The notes beneath the pieces were generated by a model. That model was given only the letters and a program-made list of their open reading frames with translations. It was not told where the DNA came from and ran no database searches. From an uncultured Planctomycetaceae bacterium (GTDB lineage: Bacteria > Planctomycetota > Phycisphaerae > UBA1845 > UTPLA1), in contig CAZFMS010000001.1 in NCBI GenBank assembly GCA_964520125.1, forward strand, positions 1 through 54,695: DNA of 54,695 nucleotides, given 5' to 3'. The stretch's first letter is position 1; every line of letters starts with the position of its first letter. Position numbers and translations under genes: made by a program. Positions 8,200 through 18,203 of the stretch are shown one piece after another.

Positions 8200-9561
8200 C
8201 TAGCCGGAGAAGACCGCCCGCACCGTATCGTTGAAACGATCTACCAATGCACCCAGGTCGATCCCCACGACCTGACCCTCCTTTACCACTGTCTGACCGT
8301 TCACCAGCACCCGGTCCGCCCGGCCCACGTGGCCCAGGATCAAAGCGCCCAACGGGTCGTGCTCCACCGCACCCGCCAAGGCGACGTCGTCCCGCCGGAA
8401 CATGGCGATATCGGCGGCGCAGCCTTCCTCGATGTTGCCCAACTCCCGGCGACTCAACACCGCCGCCCCGCCCAAGGTGGCCATCCTGAACGCCTCGGCC
8501 ACCGACAGCGCCCCGGCACCATGCGCGGCCCGCTGCAACAACAGGGCCTGCCGGGCCTCGGCCAGCAGATGCCCGCCGTCGTTGCTCGAACTGCCGTCCA
8601 CCCCCAGCCCCACCTTGGCCCCGGCCTTCAGCAGCCGAGCCACCGGGGCGATCCCGCTGCCCAGCCGCATATTCGAGCACGGACAGTGAACGATCCCCGT
8701 CTGCGTCGCCGCCAGGTGAGTGATGTCCGCGTCGGTGAGGTGGACGCAGTGCGCCAGGTAGACATCCGGCCCCAGCCAGCCGATCGTCTCCAGCCATTCG
8801 ATCGGCCGCATGCCGAACCGTTGCCGGCAATACTCCTCCTCGTCTTGCGTCTCCGCTGCATGTGTGTGCAGCAGCACGCAACGCTCTCGGGCCAACGCCG
8901 CCGTGTCCCGCAACAGCTCGACGCTTACCGAGAACGGCGAACACGGGGCCAGGTCGATCCGCCGCATCGACCCCAGCCGATCGTCGTGAAACCGCTCCAG
9001 CACCCGCCGGCAGTCTTTCAGAATCTCGTCCTCGCCCTCCACGCAGTCGTCCGGCGGCAAGCCGCCCTTGCTCGCCCCGACGCTCATGCTCCCCCGGCAG
9101 GCGTGCAGCCGAATGCCCAACGACTCCGCCGCCTCTAGCACCGCCTCGAGCCGCACGTCGCTGCCCCGAGGAAACAAATAGTGATGATCGCTCGTCGTCG
9201 TGCAGCCGGACAGCAGCAGTTCGGCGATGCTGACCTGGGCGGCCATCTTCACTGCCTGGTAGTCGATCCGCCCCCATCGCGGATACAACGCCCCCAGCCA
9301 ATCAAACAGCCCCGCATCCTGAACGCCCTTCAGCCCGCGGGTCAGCGATTGATAGAGATGATGATGCGTGTTGACCAACCCCGGGATGACTAGATGCTCC
9401 GAGGCATCAATTACCTGATCGACCGCCCCGCTCCCGGCATCTTGCGACGGACAAACCTCGACGATCATCCCCCCATCGATCAACACCGAATGATCGTCCA
9501 GAACCACCGGTGCCTCGCCCCGATGGGCAATCATTGTCCCGTGCTCGATCCTGATCTTCAT
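8200..9561 (-). CDS. 8-oxoguanine deaminase-like amidohydrolase
   Basis: Motifs VIPGLVNTHHHLYQSLTRG, LLLSGCTTTSDHHY, APCSPFSVS, HTHAAET, HCPCSNMRLGSGIAPV and GLGVDGSSSNDG match my memory of the 8-oxoguanine deaminase subgroup. Start at ATG 9561 (MKIRIEHG). Confidence 0.8.
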   Translation of the reverse strand: MKIRIEHGTMIAHRGEAPVVLDDHSVLIDGGMIVEVCPSQDAGSGAVDQVIDASEHLVIPGLVNTHHHLYQSLTRGLKGVQDAGLFDWLGALYPRWGRIDYQAVKMAAQVSIAELLLSGCTTTSDHHYLFPRGSDVRLEAVLEAAESLGIRLHACRGSMSVGASKGGLPPDDCVEGEDEILKDCRRVLERFHDDRLGSMRRIDLAPCSPFSVSVELLRDTAALARERCVLLHTHAAETQDEEEYCRQRFGMRPIEWLETIGWLGPDVYLAHCVHLTDADITHLAATQTGIVHCPCSNMRLGSGIAPVARLLKAGAKVGLGVDGSSSNDGGHLLAEARQALLLQRAAHGAGALSVAEAFRMATLGGAAVLSRRELGNIEEGCAADIAMFRRDDVALAGAVEHDPLGALILGHVGRADRVLVNGQTVVKEGQVVGIDLGALVDRFNDTVRAVFSG

Positions 9562-9610
9562 TTCGATATCCCTGCCAATGCCCAACAGCCTAACACGGAA
9601 TCACCTGCCG

Positions 9611-9840
9611 CACAGCGCGGCCTCTGGCCGCAACCGAAGGGTCCGGGGCCCGGGGCTGGGTCGCGGGAGTTGGGGTCCGGAGGCCGGGGTTCGGGAACTA
9701 GGGTTCGGGGGCTGGCGTTCGGGACCAAGGGTCGGCTTCAGCCGACCGGTCTTTGCCCCCAACTTCAGTTGGGGGTTCTGAGTTCGCCTTCTAACCTCCG
9801 GCTTCTCGCCGCAGTAGCCGGCTTCAGCCGGGCTTCTCGA
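9611..9840. repeat. Intercistronic repeat block: G-run tract (plus strand) followed by three hairpins sharing a TTCA loop
   Basis: The G-run tract is at 9638..9732. The hairpins are GGTCGGC-TTCA-GCCGACC (9730..9747), CCCCCAAC-TTCA-GTTGGGGG (9756..9775) and GCCGGC-TTCA-GCCGG (9818..9832). Confidence 0.6.
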
Positions 9841-9905
9841 CTTTGCCACGCCCCGGCCACCGTTCCGACATTGCCTGGTCCTGCTTAGACCTCCGGTGCT
9901 GCCGA

Positions 9906-12416
9906 TCACTTCACCATCCTGGCATGCGGCGGAGCCGTCGCCAAGCGGGCGTCCGGCGGAACCTTCGCCTCCTCCGGGTGAAGCAGCTCCCAGATCCGCT
10001 GAGGATTGCACGGCAAGGTGTGCGGGGCCACCCCGATCGCGTCCCCGATCGCCGACAGCACCGCCGGCGTCGCGGCGATCAGCGGCGGCTCACCGATCCC
10101 CCGGGCCCCGAACGGCCCGCCCGGATCGTCGTTCTCCAATATCACGCACTCGATCTGGGGCACGTCCCGTATCGTCGGCAGGATATAATCGGTGAAGCTG
10201 GCGTTCATCATCCGCCCGCCATCCATCACCACCTCCTCCATCAGGGCCATGCCGATGCCCTGAGCCGCCCCGCCGGCCATCTGCCCCTCGACCGACTGCG
10301 GGTTGATCGCCCGGCCCACGTCGTGACAGGCCACGTGCCGCTCGACCCGAACCTCTCCTGTCTCCACGTCCACCACCACCTGGGCGACGTGGGCGGCAAA
10401 CAAGTACGTGACGAACGCCTGCGGCGACTGCCCGGTGTCGAAATCCTCGCATACCGTCCGCGGTTTGAAAATGCCCTTCCCCTCCAGCGAATAGCCCCGC
10501 TGCCGCCCCGCGGCGAGCACGTCGGCGATCGTCATCTCCAGACGAGCATCGAACCGCCCCGCCACCTTACCCCCGGCCAGATCCAGTTCGTGAGGGTGTA
10601 TGCCCAATACCTTCCCGGCAACGTCCAGCAACTCCTCCTTCAACTCGCTGGCGGCGATCTTCACCGCATTGCCGGTGAAGTAAGTCTGTCGCGATGCCGA
10701 CGTCGACCCGGACTCCAGCGTCCCCCCCGTGTCACCCCAGTTCACCACCACCTGGGAAACCGGCAGACCCAGCTCCTCTGCCGCAATCTGGGCCACCATA
10801 TTGGGCAACCCCTGGCCGTACTCCACCCCGCCGGTATAGACCTCCAGCCGCCCTTCCCCGGAGAACTTGACCCGTGCCCGGCTGGCATCAGGAAACCCGT
10901 CACCGTAGCCCAGCCCGAAGCAGACCACACTCAGCCCCCATCCCCGCCGCTGGTGCGATGCCAACGCCGTGTCACTACCATCACCCGTCAGCACCCCCCG
11001 ACCCAAGAGCCCCCGACCCAAGAGCCCCCGACCTTGGTCGGGGGGTTTCTTCGCACGGGTGCCACTGGCAGCTTGCCTGCCAGTGCCGAATCGCTCCAAC
11101 GCCGCCTCCATGCACTCCACTGCCGTCGCCAGCGGGATCCGCTGCCCCGTGGTCACCGCATCCCCGGAGCGGATCAGGTTCTTGCGCCGCAGGGCCACCC
11201 GATCGATAGCCAGCCGTTCCGCCAGCCGGTCCATCATCCCCTCGTGAGCGATCGCCATCTGGCAGGCCCCGAAGCCTCGCATGGCCCCGGTCGGGTTGTT
11301 GTTGGTAAACACCCCATACACATCCACGTGCACATGCGGCACCCGATAGGGCCCCGTCGCATGGCTGGCCGCCTTGCGCAACACCGCCGGCCCGGTCGAG
11401 GCGTAGGCCCCCTCATCCGAATACACCGTCACCTTCGCCGCCGTAAGCGTCCCGTCCTGATCGGCCCCCAGAGTGTAGTGAATCCGCACAGCGTGCCGCT
11501 TGTGCCGGGCCCGCATCGACTCCGCCCGGCTGTAACGCATGGCGATGGTCTTGCCCGGATGCGCTAGCGCCGCCATGCCCAGATAGACTTGAATGCTAAG
11601 GTCTTCCCGCCCGCCAAAGGCCCCGCCTGTCTCCGGCGTGATGATCCGCACCGCCTCCATCGGCAGCCCCAGGGCCAACGCCACCAGCCGCCGCTCCTCG
11701 TGGGCCCATTGGCCGGACACCTCAACGGTCAGCAGCCCCCCGTCCCACCGGGCCATCCCCGCCTCCAGGTCCAGAAACGCGTGGTCTACCGTCTGCGTCT
11801 GGAAGGTGTCGCTGACGATGACCGCGCTGGCCGCCAGTGCCGCATCAGTGTCACCCTTGCGGATTCGTTTGCCGCCCATGATGTTGCCATCAGGGTGCAG
11901 CCGCGGGGCGCCTTCCGCCAACGCCTCGTCGATCCCCCCAATGACCGGCAGCGGCTCATAGGTGACTTGCACGGCGTCACGCCCCCGCCGGGCGGCGATC
12001 TCCGTCTCGGCGACGACCATCGCCACCGCGTCCCCCCGGTACAACACCTTGTCTTCCGCCAGCACCGGATGATCGCGATGAATCAAGCCCTGCCGATTGG
12101 TCCCCGGGGCGTCCGCCGCCGTATACACCGCCAACACGCCGGCCACCCTCAGCGCCGCGGCCTTGTCGATCTCGACAAGCTCCGCATGGGCCTCCTCCGA
12201 ACGGACCACCTGGGCGAAGTAGTCCGCCCGATTCGGAAACAGATCCGCCCCGTACAGCGCCGTCCCCAGGACCTTCTCCACCCCGCCGATCCGCCGCTCA
12301 CTCCGCCCCACCGCCCCGGTCGGCGATTCCTTAAACGGCGTCTCCGCAGGCTCCACCAAGAGCCCCCGATCTTGGTCGGGAGGTACCTGCTGATCTGGCG
12401 GTACACGCTGCATCAA
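9906..12416 (-). CDS. Xanthine dehydrogenase / aldehyde oxidase family molybdopterin-binding subunit
   Basis: 836 aa with RIGGVEKVLGTALYGADL at the N-terminus, GGAFGGRE, GAMRGFG and VEYGQGLPNMVAQIAAEELG. The start is ambiguous: ATG 12416 lies in a palindromic repeat, and TTG 12359 or GTG 12356 (LVEPAE) are alternatives. Confidence 0.85.
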   Translation of the reverse strand: MMQRVPPDQQVPPDQDRGLLVEPAETPFKESPTGAVGRSERRIGGVEKVLGTALYGADLFPNRADYFAQVVRSEEAHAELVEIDKAAALRVAGVLAVYTAADAPGTNRQGLIHRDHPVLAEDKVLYRGDAVAMVVAETEIAARRGRDAVQVTYEPLPVIGGIDEALAEGAPRLHPDGNIMGGKRIRKGDTDAALAASAVIVSDTFQTQTVDHAFLDLEAGMARWDGGLLTVEVSGQWAHEERRLVALALGLPMEAVRIITPETGGAFGGREDLSIQVYLGMAALAHPGKTIAMRYSRAESMRARHKRHAVRIHYTLGADQDGTLTAAKVTVYSDEGAYASTGPAVLRKAASHATGPYRVPHVHVDVYGVFTNNNPTGAMRGFGACQMAIAHEGMMDRLAERLAIDRVALRRKNLIRSGDAVTTGQRIPLATAVECMEAALERFGTGRQAASGTRAKKPPDQGRGLLGRGLLGRGVLTGDGSDTALASHQRRGWGLSVVCFGLGYGDGFPDASRARVKFSGEGRLEVYTGGVEYGQGLPNMVAQIAAEELGLPVSQVVVNWGDTGGTLESGSTSASRQTYFTGNAVKIAASELKEELLDVAGKVLGIHPHELDLAGGKVAGRFDARLEMTIADVLAAGRQRGYSLEGKGIFKPRTVCEDFDTGQSPQAFVTYLFAAHVAQVVVDVETGEVRVERHVACHDVGRAINPQSVEGQMAGGAAQGIGMALMEEVVMDGGRMMNASFTDYILPTIRDVPQIECVILENDDPGGPFGARGIGEPPLIAATPAVLSAIGDAIGVAPHTLPCNPQRIWELLHPEEAKVPPDARLATAPPHARMVK
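10995..11087. repeat. Composite palindromic repeat lying in frame inside the Mo-subunit CDS
   Basis: CCCCCGACCCAAGAG x2 is followed by the palindrome CCCCCGACCTTGGTCGGGGG and then the hairpin GGCAGCTTGCCTGCC. It is translated as GTGRQAASGTRAKKPPDQGRGLLGRGLLGRG. The same modules occur in intergenic DNA at 49206..49230 and 48009..48038. Confidence 0.7.
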
Positions 12417-12641
12417 GCACCCACGTCGGTCACTAAAGACGTCTCGTCTTCTTGACTATTGCTCTGTCAACCCCGACTTGAGGACTCGAGTGAGCCGGGC
12501 CGTCCTCGGCCCGGTCTCCGCCCAACACCCCAGAGGTCACTCACTGGCGGTCAACCCGCCAAACCAAGCCTGACCGACCACTGTTTCACTTTCGACTTCC
12601 AACCTGGCGCCCGGCGCCAACTACCCGCCCGGCAACGCCCT

Positions 12642-13133
12642 TCACTCATTCCACTCCTTCGCTGCCGCGACGATCGCCTCCCGGATCGCCCCATACCCCG
12701 TACACCGGCAGATATTTCCCTCCATGCCTTCCAGGAACTCCTCATCCGTCGGCTCCGGGTTGGCCTCCAGCAGGGCCTTGGCCGCCATGATCAGGCCGGG
12801 CGTGCAATACCCGCACTGCGCCGCCCCGCTGGCCAGAAACTTCTCCTGCAACACGTGCAGCTTCTCTCCGCAGGCCAGCCCCTCGATGGTCTCGACCCGC
12901 CGCCCCTGCATCTGCCCCGCCAACACCAGACAGCTATTTACCGCCTGCCCATCCACGATCACCGTGCAAGACCCACACTCCCCCTCCAAACACGACCCCT
13001 TGGTGCCCGTCAGACCCAGCCGATCGCGCAGCACGGCGAGCAACGTCTCATCCTGCCGAACCTCGATCTCCACCGCTTCCCCGTTGACCGTACACGACAG
13101 CATCCAGGATGTCCGGCGACTCTCCTCGTTCAT
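12642..13133 (-). CDS. (2Fe-2S)-binding small subunit of the xanthine dehydrogenase family enzyme
   Basis: 163 aa with CLEGECGSCTV and GAAQCGYCTPG, the two [2Fe-2S] Cys clusters of CoxS/XdhC-type subunits. Confidence 0.9.
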   Translation of the reverse strand: MNEESRRTSWMLSCTVNGEAVEIEVRQDETLLAVLRDRLGLTGTKGSCLEGECGSCTVIVDGQAVNSCLVLAGQMQGRRVETIEGLACGEKLHVLQEKFLASGAAQCGYCTPGLIMAAKALLEANPEPTDEEFLEGMEGNICRCTGYGAIREAIVAAAKEWNE

Positions 13134-13150
13134 AGTGTCAACGTCCCTGC

Positions 13151-13186
13151 GTTTCGACTTTTCGACTTTTTGACTTTTCGACTTTT
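13151..13186. repeat. Octanucleotide tandem array (TTTTCGAC-type), about 4.5 units
   Basis: GTTTCGAC TTTTCGAC TTTTTGAC TTTTCGAC TTTTCT. It abuts the stop of the FAD-subunit gene and ends 18 nt before the 2Fe-2S subunit start. Confidence 0.8.
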
Positions 13187-14020
13187 CTAACGCCCTAGTC
13201 GCCGCAACAGCCGCCCAACCAACACCCCAACCATCGCCCGCCGGTAGGCCCCCGACGCTCGATGGTCGTCGATCGGCGAAACCTCCTGCATGGCCATTGA
13301 CGCCGCCTCGTCAATCACCGCGTCGGTCAGCCCTCCGGCGACGACCATGGCCTCGGCCCGCTTCGCCCGCATCACCGTCGGCCCAACGCTGCCCAAGGCG
13401 ATCCGCACCTTGCCGGGCGCCTCGCCGCGCGCCAGGGCGTCCGGCGGTGACCCGGCCACGGCACAACACACCACGCTGATATTCGTCGCCCCCCGCTTGC
13501 CGATCTTGTACCACCCCGTGGCCCATTCGCTGGGGAGCCGCACCCTGGTGATCAATTCGTCAGCCAGCAGCGCCGTCCGCCCATAGGCGATGAAGTACTC
13601 GTCGATCGGGATCATCCGCGGTCCCCGGGTCACATGGCTAAGCTCAACCTCGGCGTCAACGGCGAGCAGCGCCACGCAGCCGTCGCCCGCCGGTGACCCG
13701 GTGCCCAGATTCCCGGCAATAGTCCCCCGATTTCGGATCGCCACCCCCCCGACGGTCATGGCCGCCTCGGCCAACGCCCGAACCGGCAGCCCCGCGAGCC
13801 TGCTAAAGGTCGCCCCCCCCGAGAGCATCCAGTCCCCGTTGTGCTGCTCAACGTCCGAATAACCAGCGACATGTGTCAGATCGAGGAGATGCTTCGGCCC
13901 CTGCGTCTGGCGGTTCAACTCCACCACCACATCCGTCCCACCCCCGATCGGCGTCACCTCCGCCCCCATTTCCGCCCGGATCGCGAGGGCCTCCTCGATC
14001 TCATGTGGCTGGTAGAACAT
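13187..14020 (-). CDS. FAD-binding subunit of the xanthine dehydrogenase family enzyme
   Basis: CoxM-like pattern MFYQPHEIEEALAIR..., IGGGTDVVVEL, RNRGTIAGNLG. Start at the internal ATG 14020 of track ORF 13187..14125. Confidence 0.85.
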   Translation of the reverse strand: MFYQPHEIEEALAIRAEMGAEVTPIGGGTDVVVELNRQTQGPKHLLDLTHVAGYSDVEQHNGDWMLSGGATFSRLAGLPVRALAEAAMTVGGVAIRNRGTIAGNLGTGSPAGDGCVALLAVDAEVELSHVTRGPRMIPIDEYFIAYGRTALLADELITRVRLPSEWATGWYKIGKRGATNISVVCCAVAGSPPDALARGEAPGKVRIALGSVGPTVMRAKRAEAMVVAGGLTDAVIDEAASMAMQEVSPIDDHRASGAYRRAMVGVLVGRLLRRLGR

Positions 14021-14199
14021 GGCGATACTCGAGCCGACTCCCCGGTGGATTCTATGGCCGCCGCCAGGGTTTCCCGGCGGGCAACGACCTCGACCGCCAT
14101 GATAGGTCTGGCCACCAACCCCCACAACCCGGGCGGCTCGCCGGGCCGCCCGGGCCGGTGATTGATCCTCCCTCCGTTACCGGCTAGACTGCGCCAACC

Positions 14200-14688
<489 letters not shown>

Positions 14689-14742
14689 CCCGTTGCCCAA
14701 CACCCCTCTCCAATCAGGTGCGACCCCTCACCGAGCGCCGCC

Positions 14743-15219
14743 ATGATCGACCGCCACCGAGCACGGATCCTCGCCATGCAGTCGCTCTGTCAGCTCGAGG
14801 TGCAGGCCGAGGACTTCCTGCCGCAGTTGGATGAATTCCTGGCCGACGAATCGCCCGACGCCGCGGTCCGCGACTACGCCCGAGGCCTGGTGTACGACAC
14901 GTGGGAGAAGCGCAGCACATTCGACAAGTTGATCGGGCAAGTTGCCGAACACTGGGACCTGAAGCGCATGGCCACCGTAGATCGAAACGCCATCCGCGTG
15001 GCCATCTGCGAGATGCTCCACCGCTCCGAGGTCCCGCCCCGAGTAGCCCTCACCGAGGCCATGGAGATCGGCAAGACCTTCGGAACCAAAGAATCCAGCG
15101 CCTTCATCAACGGCATCCTCGACGCCATCATGACCAAGATGAAGGAGGAGAGCGAAGGGACGAATGACGAGAAAGAAGCAGCGAAGGATGAAGGTCGCCC
15201 GACAAAGGATGATGGATGA
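14743..15219 (+). CDS. nusB: Transcription antitermination factor NusB
   Basis: 158 aa with RARILAMQSLCQLE, VDRNAIRVAICEML, EAMEIGKTFG and FINGILDAI. Confidence 0.9.
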   Translation: MIDRHRARILAMQSLCQLEVQAEDFLPQLDEFLADESPDAAVRDYARGLVYDTWEKRSTFDKLIGQVAEHWDLKRMATVDRNAIRVAICEMLHRSEVPPRVALTEAMEIGKTFGTKESSAFINGILDAIMTKMKEESEGTNDEKEAAKDEGRPTKDDG

Positions 15220-15248
15220 ACGCAAAGCATAGCCCGGAGCACCAGGGC

Positions 15249-15296
15249 GTTTCGACCTTTTGACGTTTTGACTTTTCGACGTTTCGACGTTTCCTC
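15249..15296. repeat. Octanucleotide tandem array (TTTCGAC-type), 6 units
   Basis: GTTTCGAC CTTTTGAC GTTTTGAC TTTTCGAC GTTTCGAC GTTTCCTC, lying between the nusB stop and the ftsY Shine-Dalgarno. Confidence 0.8.
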
Positions 15297-15311
15297 TTCC
15301 CGGAGCATCCC

Positions 15312-16226
15312 ATGGGGCTCTTCGACAGACTCAAGACGGCCTTGGGAAAGACTCGAGCCCGAGTGGCCGACAGCTTCAAGGCGGTCCTGCCCAGAGGCCG
15401 CCGGATCGACGAGGGCCTGCTGGAGGACGTCCACGACACCATGATCCAGGACGACTTCGGCCCGGCCACCACGGAAAAACTGGTCGCTGCCGTCCGGGTC
15501 GCCTGGAAGGCCGGGGAAATCACCCAATCCGAGGACATCCTCACCTTTCTGAAGCAACACATCATCGCCCAATGGCCCGCGGCCGATAGGGCCCTGGCCC
15601 GGGCCCCGTCGGGCCCGACCGTGATCCTGGTCGCGGGGATCAACGGCTCCGGCAAGACCACCAGCGTCGCCAAGCTGGCCAACTATCTCAAGCAGCAGGG
15701 CCACAAGGTGGTCCTCGCCGCCTGCGACACCTATCGGGCCGCCGCCGTCCTGCAGCTCACCGAGTGGTCCAAACGCTGCGGCGTGGAGATCGTCAAGCAC
15801 GAGCAGGATGCCGACCCCGGGGCGGTGGCCTACGACGCCTGTGAGGCCGCGGTGGCCCGCGGGGCAGACATTCTCTTGGTCGACACCGCCGGCCGGCTGC
15901 ACACCCAGGACCACCTGATGCGCGAGCTGAACAAGATCCAGCGGGTGGTCGAGAAGAAGATCCCCGGTGCCCCCCACGAGGTGTTGCTGGTGCTCGACGC
16001 CACCATCGGCCAGAACGCCGTCAATCAGGCCCGCAGCTTCAGCGACCACGTCGCGGTCAGCGGCATCATCCTGGCCAAGCTGGACGGCTCGGCCAAGGGC
16101 GGCATCGTCGTCGGCATCCGCGACCAACTCGAGGTCCCGGTCAAGTTCGTGGGCCTGGGCGAGACCCTCGACGACATCGAACCCTTCGACCCCGAAACCT
16201 TCGTCGAAGCCCTCTTCACCGAGTAA
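15312..16226 (+). CDS. ftsY: Signal recognition particle receptor FtsY
   Basis: 304 aa with GINGSGKTTSVAKLA, DTAGRLH, ILAKLDGSAKGG and FVGLGE. Confidence 0.9.
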   Translation: MGLFDRLKTALGKTRARVADSFKAVLPRGRRIDEGLLEDVHDTMIQDDFGPATTEKLVAAVRVAWKAGEITQSEDILTFLKQHIIAQWPAADRALARAPSGPTVILVAGINGSGKTTSVAKLANYLKQQGHKVVLAACDTYRAAAVLQLTEWSKRCGVEIVKHEQDADPGAVAYDACEAAVARGADILLVDTAGRLHTQDHLMRELNKIQRVVEKKIPGAPHEVLLVLDATIGQNAVNQARSFSDHVAVSGIILAKLDGSAKGGIVVGIRDQLEVPVKFVGLGETLDDIEPFDPETFVEALFTE

Positions 16227-16889
16227 GCCCGCGCCGGCCAGACGGGGCCGCCCCGTAGGATGGGTTTTATCACCCACCTGCTGCCGGTGCGCCGTTTTCC
16301 GACGGGGGTCCGATTGACCCAGGCTGCGATGCTCCGCGAATAAGAAAAAGTGCAATTTGCCGGTATTTGACGGAGTTTGCAGCGTCTTCAGTGATCAGTT
16401 CTCAGTGTTCAGTGGTCGGTGACGGGTCATTTTTTCTCCTGCCGGGAAGCATTTTTTAACCCGGGTCCGGCGGGGGGTCGGTCGGCAATAAAAAAAAGTG
16501 CAAACGCCCGCAAACGCCCGCAAAGTCTCGGCCGTTGCGGCTGAGGGGCGCACAATCCCTGTCGATCGCCTGCTCTGGGAACGATGGCGACATCTGAGAG
16601 GCTCCTTTTCTCAAGACAGCCTATAGTCTTGCTCCCCGTTCCGGTTTGGGGATTGACGATCGGGGATTGGAGGACGGGGGCTCGGGGGACCGGGAGGGCC
16701 GGGGGAAGGCCCGGGAGGGCGTTTTGCGTTGGACTTGGCGCAGATATGGGCTCTCCGATAGGCTGCGGGCGGTTGGCCAGGAAGAGGACGGGAAAGGGGT
16801 CGGCAGGAGAATCGACTCCCGCTCCCTTTTGTTCACTCGCTCCTTCACACGACACGGGCCCAGGTTGCCCTTCGCCATGCCTTCCGCCT

Positions 16890-18203
16890 TCACGCTTGCG
16901 CCTTTCTTCCCTCGTCCTTCAGCGCGTCTTGTGCTTGACCTGGGGTCCTGACTGAAGCCAGGATCGATGCTCCTACCGCGAAGAAGACAAGCAGGGATGC
17001 CAATCCAAGTCTTTGACTGCCTGATGCGGAGGCGACGAGCCCGAAGACGATCGGACCGAGGACGGAGGATACCTTACCAGCGAATGTGCTGAATCCGAAG
17101 AACTCCGCAGACCGATCCTTAGGTATCATCTCGCTGTAGAGGCTTCGACATAAGGCCTGCGTAGAGCCAAGCACAAGGCTCATCAACCCGGCCATGACGT
17201 AGGGAACGTACGAGGCGCTGCCGAAGACCATCAGGAGAACAACGCCGACCCAGATGGCTAGCGTCGCGAAAATGGTCCTCCGCTTGCCCCACCGATCCCC
17301 TAGATACCCAAATGCCGCGGTCGCAGGAATCCCAATTGCCTGAATCACGACGGTAAGGCCGAGAATCTGAACAATGGTCATGTCGAAATTGACCTGCAAG
17401 TAAATGGCGGTGAAGTAAATCACGGTAACAATAGCATCGGAGATGAAGTAGAAGCTGAGGAGAAACTTGAAGGCCTCCCTATGTGAACGCCAACTCCGCA
17501 CTGTCCGCCATAAATCCACGTACGCATCGCGGACGATAAGGAACATCCGACTTCTACCAGTGGATTCACCGCCCTGTCTGGGCAGAAAGAAGAACGCCGG
17601 AAGTGAGAAGACCAAGTAGAAGCCAGCAGTCACTACAAAGGCTGACCGGTACAGGAGCAGATTCTCGTCTGCAAAGCCTCCTCGAAGCAATGGGAAACAG
17701 ATGGCAAGACAGGCGATTCCACCCAAGTAACCAAAGCCCCAGGCGGCGCCGGAGAGGCGCCCCAACAGCGCCTCATCCTTGACAAGCTCCCGAAGGTACG
17801 AGTCGTACAGCGAGATTGCCACGCCGTATGTGGTGTGCGCACAGAAGAAGATGATCGCCCCGAGCAGCACATCACCGGCATGCACCTGAAACAACATTGC
17901 CGATGCCAGACAACAGATCGTGGTCATAAAGATGAACAGAAGGCGGCGGAGCTTGGCGATATCAGCGATGGCGCCGATCAGCGGTGACAGAATCCCAGCC
18001 GCGCCAAGCGAGCAAGAAATGAGAATAGCCCACCGTACATCTGCCCGATCGTCACCTGCACAAACGACCGTGCGGTAGTACACTGCAAAGCTAACCGCCG
18101 GGATAATGAGAATGTACGAGGAGTTCGCAAAGTCATACATCGCCCAACTGATTGTTTGGCGGTTGAACAGACGAGACTTCCGTTCGCCCACTGTTCCACT
18201 CAC
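16890..18203 (-). CDS. MFS transporter, UMF1 / Atg22-like family
   Basis: Polytopic protein with the N-terminal motif SWAMYDFANSSY typical of UMF1. The likely GTG start at 18203 overlaps the methyltransferase TGA (GTGA) and follows GGGAGGA. The track ORF extends to 18239. Confidence 0.8.
   Translation of the reverse strand: MSGTVGERKSRLFNRQTISWAMYDFANSSYILIIPAVSFAVYYRTVVCAGDDRADVRWAILISCSLGAAGILSPLIGAIADIAKLRRLLFIFMTTICCLASAMLFQVHAGDVLLGAIIFFCAHTTYGVAISLYDSYLRELVKDEALLGRLSGAAWGFGYLGGIACLAICFPLLRGGFADENLLLYRSAFVVTAGFYLVFSLPAFFFLPRQGGESTGRSRMFLIVRDAYVDLWRTVRSWRSHREAFKFLLSFYFISDAIVTVIYFTAIYLQVNFDMTIVQILGLTVVIQAIGIPATAAFGYLGDRWGKRRTIFATLAIWVGVVLLMVFGSASYVPYVMAGLMSLVLGSTQALCRSLYSEMIPKDRSAEFFGFSTFAGKVSSVLGPIVFGLVASASGSQRLGLASLLVFFAVGASILASVRTPGQAQDALKDEGRKAQA

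Noticed and set aside
14021-14199. Possible FMN (RFN) riboswitch upstream of ribH. Fragments such as GGTGGATTC and CAGGGTTTCCCGGCGG are present.
   Set aside because: The fragments occur in the wrong order relative to the RFN consensus, and the conserved 3' half (GCCGAC.GT..AGTCCGGATG) is missing.
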